DNA of 64,000 nucleotides, from assembly GCA_002862785.1 (NCBI GenBank), contig PKDZ01000015.1:13716-77715 (forward strand), given 5' to 3'. This document shows positions 36,751 to 44,079 of this stretch, in pieces. The notes beneath the pieces were generated by a model. It saw only the letters and a list, made by a program, of their open reading frames with translations. It was not told the origin of the DNA and searched no databases. Origin of the DNA: Flavobacteriales bacterium. Its GTDB lineage: Bacteria > Bacteroidota > Bacteroidia > Flavobacteriales_D > Sanyastnellaceae. Every line of letters begins with the position of its first letter. The first letter of the stretch is position 1. The position numbers and the translations under genes were made by a program.

Positions 36751-36928
36751 GCTGGGCAAGGCGGCCTTTCGATGAAAGGTCATATGGTTAAGACATAATG
36801 CAATATAATACGCATAAAACAAAGAATCAAGGGGTTGAGTGTCGATCCTGCCGAACGCCACCGGATGGGGTTTGACAAGGGCCGGATGGAAGAGAGGCTG
36901 ATGCGGTGTATCTTTGCCGTCCCTTTTT

Positions 36929-37003
36929 GGGCAATTAGCTCAGTTGGTTCAGAGCGTTCGCCTCACACGCGAAAGGTCACTGGTTCGAATCCAGTATTGC
37001 CCA
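36929..37003 (+). tRNA. tRNA-Val (CAC)
   Basis: Manual cloverleaf:
- acceptor gggcaat/attgccc
- D arm gctc-agttggttca-gagc
- anticodon arm ttcgc-ctCACac-gcgaa
- variable loop aggtc
- T arm actgg-ttcgaat-ccagt
- discriminator a

CCA is not encoded. Confidence 0.9.
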
Positions 37004-37041
37004 CCCCGCCCAAGGGGCCTCGTCCCCAACCCGAGGCTCCG

Positions 37042-37075
37042 GCCCCGCTCCTCCCCTGGAGTCGGGGCTTTTTCT
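37042..37075 (+). terminator. Rho-independent terminator-like hairpin after tRNA-Val(CAC)
   Basis: GC-rich stem ccccgctcc / ggagtcgggg (one bulge) followed by ttttt. Confidence 0.6.
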
Positions 37076-37108
37076 TGCTTCGAGGTGGGCGCTGTTTCTT
37101 TGCCGCGA

Positions 37109-37183
37109 GGCCCCGTAGTTCAACGGATAGAATAGACGTTTCCTAAACGTTTGATCCAGGTTCGATTCCTGGCGGGGCTGCCA
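37109..37183 (+). tRNA. tRNA-Arg (CCT); CCA encoded
   Basis: Manual cloverleaf:
- acceptor ggccccg/cggggct (G1-U72)
- D arm gttc-aacggata-gaat
- anticodon arm gacgt-ttCCTaa-acgtt
- variable loop tgat
- T arm ccagg-ttcgatt-cctgg
- discriminator g, then cca. Confidence 0.85.
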
Positions 37184-37205
37184 CATCCCGGCCAACCGAC
37201 CGCCC

Positions 37206-38507
37206 TTGACTCCCTCCTCCTCCTCCCGACTCGACGGATCCTGGCGCCGCCTCCTGGGTGGCAGCGGGGTGGTGCTGGCGCTCAAGGTGCTCGGAGCCTT
37301 CGGCGGCTTCGTGTTCTCGGTGTGGGTGGCGCGGACATTGGGAGACGCGGCCCTCGGCCGCGCCGAACTCTTCATCTTGTGGGTGACGGTCGGCGCAACG
37401 TTGCTGCGGGGCGGTTGGGAAGGAGCGGTCGTCCGGGCCTTCGGGGCGTGGACATCCCATGGCCTGGGTGATCGGGTCCGTTCCGCATTCCGGCGCGGGA
37501 CGCGGGTCATGGTGGCCATCGGATGCGCCGCGGGCCTCATCGGGTCGCAGATCTTCGGAACGAAGCACGGGATCGGACCCTCGGAGTGGATCGGCTGGGG
37601 CATCGGGGCTTGGGTCGTGATCGGCTGGCTGGCCGAATGTCTGCGGGGCACGGGCCATGTATCCACCTATGCGCTGTTCCAACCGGGATGGTGGATGCTC
37701 CTCGCAGGCATCCTGATTGTCTTCGGTGTGCCCGACCCGGTCCTGGCACTGGTCTTGTCTGCGGGAGCGATGGCGGTGCTGTCCTTGGCCGCCACGGCGT
37801 GGTGGTTCCGCAATCGCTACCGCACCAGCGAACGGGCTGGGGGTGATCCCGCGGTTTCCATGGCGCGTCTTGCCCTGCCGATCTGGATTGGCAGCGTCCT
37901 CCACCTCGTGCTGTCTTGGGCCGATACGGCCATGCTGGCGGCCTGGTTGACCGAAGCCGATGTGGCCCACTATCGGGCCGCCTTTCGTTTGGCCGCCCTG
38001 CTCACGTTCACCCAGTTTGCCGTGAACGCGCTTGGAGCACCCACCTTCGGAGCCCTGCATGCTGCTGGAGATGCGGAGGGCTTGCGTCGAACCGTCCACC
38101 GGATCGGGTGGCTCAACACCGCTGTGGCGTTGCCTGGCCTCGTGTTCCTGCTTGCCTTCGGGCCATGGTTGCTGTCATGGTGGGGCCCCTCCTTCTCCAG
38201 TGAGGAGGCGGCGACCGCCCTCGGCGTGCTCGCCGTGTCACAGGCCATCAATGCGCTCTCGGGCCCAGTCATGTACCTCCTCAACATGACCGGGGGTGAG
38301 CGCGCCGGACTGGTCATCCTTGGGGTCTCTGCCTTCGTGCAATTGGCCAGTGGTCTCTGGCTCGTTCCGGCCCACGGCCTCGTGGGAGCGGCCACTTCGG
38401 CCGCCCTCGGCATGGTGGTGTGGAATGGGGTGGGTTTGATGTGGGTCCGGCGGCAACACGGATTCTGGATGGTTTCTTTGGCAAACGGATGGTGGCGCCA
38501 AAGTTGA
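37206..38507 (+). CDS. Polysaccharide/oligosaccharide flippase (Wzx/MOP-superfamily-like membrane protein)
   Basis: 433-aa polytopic membrane protein (about 12 hydrophobic segments) with the N-terminus typical of polysaccharide biosynthesis proteins. TTG start 23 nt after tRNA-Arg, so the start is uncertain. Confidence 0.7.
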   Translation: MTPSSSSRLDGSWRRLLGGSGVVLALKVLGAFGGFVFSVWVARTLGDAALGRAELFILWVTVGATLLRGGWEGAVVRAFGAWTSHGLGDRVRSAFRRGTRVMVAIGCAAGLIGSQIFGTKHGIGPSEWIGWGIGAWVVIGWLAECLRGTGHVSTYALFQPGWWMLLAGILIVFGVPDPVLALVLSAGAMAVLSLAATAWWFRNRYRTSERAGGDPAVSMARLALPIWIGSVLHLVLSWADTAMLAAWLTEADVAHYRAAFRLAALLTFTQFAVNALGAPTFGALHAAGDAEGLRRTVHRIGWLNTAVALPGLVFLLAFGPWLLSWWGPSFSSEEAATALGVLAVSQAINALSGPVMYLLNMTGGERAGLVILGVSAFVQLASGLWLVPAHGLVGAATSAALGMVVWNGVGLMWVRRQHGFWMVSLANGWWRQS

Positions 38508-39433
38508 ATTTCTTCTTGATCGGAGCTCCCAAGGCGGGGACCACCTTGATCCATGCCCGACTGTCGCGTCATCCGGAGGTCTTCCTGAGCCCGCTCAAGG
38601 AGCCCAACCATTTCGCCACGGACATCGACCCCGCCCGCTTCTCTGCGGCCTTTCGAGCCAATGTACCTGGTGATCTCGAGGGCTACTTGGTCGACCGCCC
38701 ACTCAAGCCGCGACAAATCGGATTTGTCCAGGACCCGCAACACTATTCCGCCTTGTTCGATGGCGTCGGGGACGCCTACCGTGTTGTCGGGGAGTGCAGT
38801 ACGAGCTACCTGTGGTCTTCCACGGCGGCCGCCAATGTGGCCGCGGCACATCCCAGTGCCCGCATTCTGGTCGTCCTCCGCCACCCTGTGGAGCGGCTGC
38901 ATTCTCATTGGCTGATGGCCCGGAAGTACGGCTTCACCCGGTTGTCACTTCCTGAGGCGGTGGAGCAGGACCGGATGCATCCCGATCCGGGATGGGGCCG
39001 CAGTGAGCTCTTCGTGGAGGCGGGCCTGTATGCCGACGCCCTCGACCGCTGGATGCAGGCGTTTCCCAAGGGCCAAGTCAAGGTGCTCCTCAACGAGGAG
39101 CTGGACGATCCGGCCACGTGGTCTGATCTGGCCGAATGGCTCGGCTTGGAGGGCGCCATCCCCAATGTGAACCGCACGGAGGGCAATCGCGCTGGCCGCG
39201 CGCGGTGGGAAGGGCTCAACGCCTGGCTGACCCGGACGGGACTCAAGTCTAGCCTGGGTGCACTGTTGCCTACTGGGCTGAAGCGCAAGGTCAGTGGAGC
39301 GTGGTACACCGGTGAGGACCTCCTTCCTCTCACCAACGAGGATCGCCGCCGGTTGATGCCCCATTTCGAAGAGGACATCCGGACCACGGCAGCCCGCATC
39401 GGTCGGAATCTGGACCATTGGTTGGCACCTTGA
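38489..39433 (+). CDS. Sulfotransferase-family protein
   Basis: 5'-PSB motif FFLIGAPKAGTT and 3'-PB motif VVLRHPVERLHSHW. ATG 38489 overlaps the flippase 3' end by 19 nt. Confidence 0.85.
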   Translation: MVAPKLNFFLIGAPKAGTTLIHARLSRHPEVFLSPLKEPNHFATDIDPARFSAAFRANVPGDLEGYLVDRPLKPRQIGFVQDPQHYSALFDGVGDAYRVVGECSTSYLWSSTAAANVAAAHPSARILVVLRHPVERLHSHWLMARKYGFTRLSLPEAVEQDRMHPDPGWGRSELFVEAGLYADALDRWMQAFPKGQVKVLLNEELDDPATWSDLAEWLGLEGAIPNVNRTEGNRAGRARWEGLNAWLTRTGLKSSLGALLPTGLKRKVSGAWYTGEDLLPLTNEDRRRLMPHFEEDIRTTAARIGRNLDHWLAP

Positions 39434-39481
39434 GGGTCGGGACTGAAGGGAAATCGTATATTCGCCGTCCGATTCAGCAGA

Positions 39482-39556
39482 GGGTCATTAGCTCAGCTGG
39501 TTCAGAGCGCTGCCTTGACAGGGCAGAGGTCACTGGTTCGAGTCCAGTATGACCCA
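39482..39556 (+). tRNA. tRNA-Val (GAC)
   Basis: Manual cloverleaf:
- acceptor gggtcat/atgaccc
- D arm gctc-agctggttca-gagc
- anticodon arm ctgcc-ttGACag-ggcag
- variable loop aggtc
- T arm actgg-ttcgagt-ccagt
- discriminator a

CCA is not encoded. Confidence 0.9.
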
Positions 39557-39561
39557 CGACA

Positions 39562-39595
39562 AACCCGGGCCTGCAGAGGTCCGGGTTTTCTTTTG
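39562..39595 (+). terminator. Rho-independent terminator-like hairpin after tRNA-Val(GAC)
   Basis: Stem acccgggc / gtccgggt with loop ctgcagag, followed by tttctttt. Confidence 0.6.
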
Positions 39596-39657
39596 CTTCG
39601 GGAAAATCCCCTGAAGGGGGGATTCGACCGGCGGCAATTGGACAGCACCTTTGCACC

Positions 39658-39888
39658 ATGGACCTGAAACGCCTCAGTGATCTTTCCGCAGAAGAACGCG
39701 GCACGCTCCAGCGCATCGATGCGCCCGAGGGCATGCTGGCGCTGATGGAGATGGGGTGCACGGTCGGCGAAGACATCGAGGTCCGGCACATCGCGCCGCT
39801 CGGGGACCCCATGGCGGTCTCGGCCGGGGGCCATGTGGTGACGCTCCGCAAGGAGCAGGCTGACCTCATGTGGGTCAAGCCCCACTGA
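39658..39888 (+). CDS. feoA: Ferrous iron transport protein A (FeoA domain)
   Basis: 76 aa: MDLKRLSDLSAEERGTLQRIDAPEGMLALMEMGCTVGEDIEVRHIAPLGDPMAVSAGGHVVTLRKEQADLMWV, an SH3-like FeoA pattern. Confidence 0.8.
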   Translation: MDLKRLSDLSAEERGTLQRIDAPEGMLALMEMGCTVGEDIEVRHIAPLGDPMAVSAGGHVVTLRKEQADLMWVKPH

Positions 39889-41980
39889 GCGCCGCATACG
39901 CGGCCCACGCGCCCAGATAGGCCAGCACGGTCATCCCGCCTGCCTGAAGCAGGGCCCATTTCCACCCCCCGAGTTCCTGCCGCACGATGGCCACGGTCGA
40001 CAGGCATTGCATCGCCAGCATGTAGAAGACGATGAGCGACAGGGCCGTCGCCGCATTGAGGATGGGCTGACCGGTTTTCGGATTGATCTCCCGCCCGAGC
40101 CGCTCCTTCAGCGCTCCGATGCCCTCATCGCTTTCGGGCGAGGCGTACAGCGTGGCCATCGTGCCGACGAAGACCTCGCGCGCGGCGAAGGAGGCAATCA
40201 GCGCGACCCCCATGCGGCCATCATAGCCGAGGGGGGCGATGACCGGCTCGATGAAGGCGCCCATCCGGCCGGACCACGACGCCTCCATCCGGGCGGCCTG
40301 CCAGTCCAAATCGGCTTGTGTACGATCCGCTTCCGCATCCGCGCCAAGGGTGGCCATGCGTTCTGCGTGGGCCCGGTCGATGTCCTGGAAACCGGAGGGT
40401 GCGGTATTGGATAGCCCCCAGAGCAACAGCGAGACGAGCACGATCACCTGACCCGCTCCGGTGAGGAAGGCTTTGGCCTGCAGCCACACCTGTTCGAGGG
40501 TGCGGCGGAGGGATGGCGCGCGGTAGGGTGGCCACTCCTGAAGGAATTGGGTCGGGGCGGCTTTGGGCAGGCCTCGGTGGAGGATCCACGCGAGGGCGAG
40601 GCCCGCGAGGAGTCCGGCGGCATAGATGCCGAAGAGGAACAGGCCCTGCAGGTTGAACAGGCCTCCAGGCCCCCATAACTGGTCAGGGACGACGAACCCG
40701 ATGAGGAAGAGGTACACTGGAAGGCGGGCCGAGCACGTCATCCAGGGGGTGACCAGGATGGTCAGGAGCCGTTCGCGCTTGCCCGGGATGGTCCGGGCAC
40801 TCAGGATGGCGGGCACGGCACAGGCAAATCCACCGAGCAAGGGAATGGTCGCCCGCCCGTCGAGGCCAATGGCGCGCATCCAGCGGTCGTTCATAAAGGC
40901 CACCCGGGTCATGTAGCCACTCTCTTCCAGCGCGGCCACAGCACCGAACAGGAGGGCAATCTGTGGCACGAAGATGACCACCCCGCCAAGGCCGGCAAGC
41001 AGGCCGTCGACGAGAAGGTCGGTCCACCATCCTGCCGGGAGGGCGGACCTCGTTCCGTCCATCAGCGCGGCCATGCCGGAGTCGATGAGGTCCATCGGCC
41101 AGGTGGCCCACGCATAGACCGCCTGGAAGATGAGGAAGAAGATGGCCATCAGGATGGCAGGCCCCCACAGGCGGTGGGTCAGGGTTCGGTCGAGGCGGGC
41201 GCTGACATCGCGGCTGGCCGGCGGGTTGGTCCCCAGCACGACGGTGGCAATCTCGCGGACTTGCCGGCTCCGGTGCGCAGCCTCGGCGAGCTGCAATTCT
41301 GCGGCACCGCATCCCGTGGCGGTCCGAGCGTCCTCAAGGGCGTCCCGCCCTGCCCCGGCCATCCAGTCCGGTGTGGCGTTGTCCGTGACGAGCAGTTCCA
41401 GGCCCACTTCGGGGATGTCCCCGGCGGCCGCGGCCAAGGCGTCGAGGGACACCCGTTCCCGCCAGGCGGGCACATCGGTTTTGGCCCGCTGGCGGACGGT
41501 CACGGTCACCCCGGAAGCCAGGGCATCGAGCAGGGCCCGGGTGCCCTTCCCGTTCAGTGCGTGAAGGGGCATCACCGGACAGCCGAGTGCGGTTTCGAGC
41601 GCGGTCTGCGACCAAACGGTGGGGGCCGTCTCGTTGACGACGACCAGCGTCGGCAGACCCAGATCGAGCACCTGAAGGGTCAGATAGAGGTTGCGCTTCA
41701 GGTTGGCACAGTCGAGGACGAGAATCAATCCGTCCGGCCGGTGTTCATGGCCGGGGTTGAGGAGGGCATCCCGGGTGACGGCTTCGTCGGGGGCCTTGGG
41801 GTGAAGGCTGTATGTGCCGGGCAGGTCCACCAGTTCGATGTCGGGATGGGCCTTGAGTGCGGCCACCGAGGGAGACACGGTCACACCCGGCAGATTGGCC
41901 ACTTTGGCCTTGGCCCCGGTCAGGAGGTTGAACAGTGAGGTCTTCCCACAATTGGGGTTCCCGACGAGTGCGAATTTCAT
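39875..41980 (-). CDS. feoB: Ferrous iron transporter FeoB
   Basis: Starts MKFALVGNPNCGKTSLFNLLTG, with DLPGTYSL and G-domain motifs, then the polytopic gate/nucleoside-recognition membrane domain. ATG 41980 overlaps the upstream stop (ATGA). Confidence 0.95.
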   Translation of the reverse strand: MKFALVGNPNCGKTSLFNLLTGAKAKVANLPGVTVSPSVAALKAHPDIELVDLPGTYSLHPKAPDEAVTRDALLNPGHEHRPDGLILVLDCANLKRNLYLTLQVLDLGLPTLVVVNETAPTVWSQTALETALGCPVMPLHALNGKGTRALLDALASGVTVTVRQRAKTDVPAWRERVSLDALAAAAGDIPEVGLELLVTDNATPDWMAGAGRDALEDARTATGCGAAELQLAEAAHRSRQVREIATVVLGTNPPASRDVSARLDRTLTHRLWGPAILMAIFFLIFQAVYAWATWPMDLIDSGMAALMDGTRSALPAGWWTDLLVDGLLAGLGGVVIFVPQIALLFGAVAALEESGYMTRVAFMNDRWMRAIGLDGRATIPLLGGFACAVPAILSARTIPGKRERLLTILVTPWMTCSARLPVYLFLIGFVVPDQLWGPGGLFNLQGLFLFGIYAAGLLAGLALAWILHRGLPKAAPTQFLQEWPPYRAPSLRRTLEQVWLQAKAFLTGAGQVIVLVSLLLWGLSNTAPSGFQDIDRAHAERMATLGADAEADRTQADLDWQAARMEASWSGRMGAFIEPVIAPLGYDGRMGVALIASFAAREVFVGTMATLYASPESDEGIGALKERLGREINPKTGQPILNAATALSLIVFYMLAMQCLSTVAIVRQELGGWKWALLQAGGMTVLAYLGAWAAYAALSGA

Positions 41981-43176
41981 CGGGCAATCCACGGTTCGGG
42001 GTTGAGGGGCGCACTGCCCTTCGCATCCCAGATTTCGAGGTGGGCCCGTGGCCCCTCGCCCAAGTCAATCACCTTGCCAATGGCCTGTCCGGTGCGTACA
42101 TCTTCTCCGGCCGCCACGGCCACACTGCCGAGGTTGGCGTAGACCGAGCGGTGGGAGCCGTGGTCCAGCATGACGACCATTCCGCCCCCGGGAATCGTGA
42201 TCACGTTGGAGACGCGGCCGCTGAAAATGGCGGAGACGGAGCCGCCTTCGGCGGTGGCGATGTCGATGCCCCGGCGTTCGATGCGGATGCCGGGCAGGCT
42301 CGGGTGGGGATGGGTGCCGAAGCGCCCCACGACGACACCTTCCGAGACAGGCCAGGGCAGACGGCCCTTGTTGGCCGTGAACTCGGCTCCGATGACCTGA
42401 CCCTCGGGCGTGGCCGCGAATCCGGTGCTGCTCCGTTCCGCGGCCCGTCGGGCTTCGGCCATGATGCGCTCGATGGCCTTTCCCAATTCGGCGCGGCGCC
42501 CTTCTTCCACGGCCAACTGGTCCCTGAGGTCCCGTTCACGGGACTGGAAGTCGGCCACCATGGATTCCATCCGCCTCGCCACCCGCCTCGCCTGATCGCG
42601 CTGTTCCTGCAGATCGCGTTCAACGTCGACGAGTTCTTGCCGTTCCCGGTCGAGGGCGGTCATTTCCTGACGAAGAGACTCGGCAGTGTCCGTGATGCGC
42701 TCCGCCTGTGCCTTGCGGTTGCGGGCATATTCCTCCACGAGGAGCCACCGTCTGAAGGCTTGAGTCATGCCGTCGGCGTCGAGCACCACCTGCCACCAAT
42801 CGTCGCGTCCCCCAAATCGGGCGGCGATGCGGATCATCTCCCCGTATTCTTCCTTGAGCGCCTCCAATTGACCATCGGCTTTGCGGACTCCCGCTTTCCG
42901 TCGGTCGAGGGCGCGCTCGGCCGCACGGCGTTCCGCCCGGAGGTTGGCCAGCAGCTGCTGGCGGAGGTCCACCTGTTCCTTCAGTACGGCCCATTCCTGT
43001 GTGCTGCGGTCCCGATCTTCCCGTGTGGCGGCGAGCAGCGACGTGGTGGCGGCAATGCGATCCGCAATGGCGGCACGTTCGGCCTCGAGGCGCTCCCGCT
43101 CCCCGGTTTGGGCCGAGGAGGAGCCTCCAAGTGCCAGCGCGCACCCCATCGTGAGAAGGATCCGGTTCATCTGCAT
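41977..43176 (-). CDS. Coiled-coil M23-family peptidase (EnvC-like murein hydrolase activator)
   Basis: Signal peptide, a long coiled-coil region of about 230 aa, and a C-terminal M23/LytM domain (GIDIATAEGGSVSAIFSGRV...VMLDHGSHRSVYANL...HLEIW). Confidence 0.85.
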   Translation of the reverse strand: MQMNRILLTMGCALALGGSSSAQTGERERLEAERAAIADRIAATTSLLAATREDRDRSTQEWAVLKEQVDLRQQLLANLRAERRAAERALDRRKAGVRKADGQLEALKEEYGEMIRIAARFGGRDDWWQVVLDADGMTQAFRRWLLVEEYARNRKAQAERITDTAESLRQEMTALDRERQELVDVERDLQEQRDQARRVARRMESMVADFQSRERDLRDQLAVEEGRRAELGKAIERIMAEARRAAERSSTGFAATPEGQVIGAEFTANKGRLPWPVSEGVVVGRFGTHPHPSLPGIRIERRGIDIATAEGGSVSAIFSGRVSNVITIPGGGMVVMLDHGSHRSVYANLGSVAVAAGEDVRTGQAIGKVIDLGEGPRAHLEIWDAKGSAPLNPEPWIAR

Positions 43177-43179
43177 GGG

Positions 43180-44079
43180 TCAGAGGCCGTCCCGGTGTTC
43201 CATGTCTTGGGGAATCTCGAACGGCATCGGATAGGGCCGTCCGTACTTGGCCCGCGAGATCTCCATGCTGATGCTGTGCGTCATCTCCGGAGAGGCGATG
43301 GTGATGTCGGTCCGGTGCGGAATCCAGCCTCCGGCCTCGAGTTCAAACCCACCGTGGCCAATTTCGATGGACCGCCCCCAGAACAGATCGTCGAACCGGG
43401 TGCGGGTCAGTTGATAGCCGAGCCCGTCGAACCAGTAGCGTTTGACGAGGAGATCGTCATCGTCTGAGCGGTTCATCACCCGTTCCTGAACGGCTTTCGT
43501 CGCGGCCACGGACAAGCTGTCGTCCGGCGCGATTTCCCGTTCCTTGACCCCGACGAGCCGCTTCACCCGGCGCTTGTACTTGTTGATCAGCAGGTGCTCC
43601 CGACCATCCACCTTGCTGATGTATTTGCTGTCTTCGTCCAGCAGGCCGATGCCCTGACCGAGCAGGATGCGTTGAACCATGTCGTACGTGATCTCCGTGC
43701 CGAGCAGGCTGTCGATCGCTACGAAATCCCCGCGGTAGGCAAACCGGTTACCGGGGACTTTGGAGTAAAACAGCACGGAGTCCGGGGTCAACAGGAGCCG
43801 CGCCGCCTCGACGCCGAGGGCCGGCGTGATGCTCAGCCACAGTGCGGAGTCCCGGCGTAGCCGGGCATTGACTTTGAATCCGCTGCGCTCCCCATCGACA
43901 TCGGCTTCGATTTGGAGGCGCATGGCAGCCCAATCGGGATTGGCCTGGGTCGCGAGGTGCTTGCGGATGATGCCACCGGACCCCTCCGAGCGGATGGGCT
44001 TGCCGCGCTCGAGGCGCCGCATGTTGGTGCATCCCGTGAGCAGGAGCGCCGTGAGGATCAAAGCGAAGGCAGCTCTCAT
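43180..44079 (-). CDS. DUF4292-like lipoprotein
   Basis: Lipobox ALLLTGC. Pattern AAMRLQIEADVDGERSGFKVNARLRRDSALWLSITPALGVEAARLLLTPDSV. Lies in the TPR / DUF4292 / M23 gene order I recall as conserved in Bacteroidota. Confidence 0.65.
   Translation of the reverse strand: MRAAFALILTALLLTGCTNMRRLERGKPIRSEGSGGIIRKHLATQANPDWAAMRLQIEADVDGERSGFKVNARLRRDSALWLSITPALGVEAARLLLTPDSVLFYSKVPGNRFAYRGDFVAIDSLLGTEITYDMVQRILLGQGIGLLDEDSKYISKVDGREHLLINKYKRRVKRLVGVKEREIAPDDSLSVAATKAVQERVMNRSDDDDLLVKRYWFDGLGYQLTRTRFDDLFWGRSIEIGHGGFELEAGGWIPHRTDITIASPEMTHSISMEISRAKYGRPYPMPFEIPQDMEHRDGL

Noticed and set aside
36293-36861. The longer 94-aa and 82-aa versions of the two micro-ORFs given in the ORF track.
   Set aside because: - Their N-terminal extensions share no similarity with each other.
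- The 94-aa version reads through the tRNA-like fragment.
- Conservation starts exactly at the internal ATGs (36430 and 36750), so the 45-codon versions are favoured.
36210-36950. An integrated mobile element or prophage remnant at tRNA-Met, suggested by the duplicated tRNA 3' half.
   Set aside because: - There is no integrase, excisionase, transposase or phage-like gene in or next to the interval.
- The two repeat-bounded units are homologous to each other, which points to a tandem duplication.
- I kept this only as an alternative hypothesis in the findings.
36835-37666. ORFs overlapping the tRNA genes and terminator: 36835-37146, 36914-37135, 36977-37666, and 39474-40007 near tRNA-Val(GAC).
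   Set aside because: They run across clear tRNA cloverleaves and terminator hairpins, and their translations are low-complexity Pro/Arg-rich.
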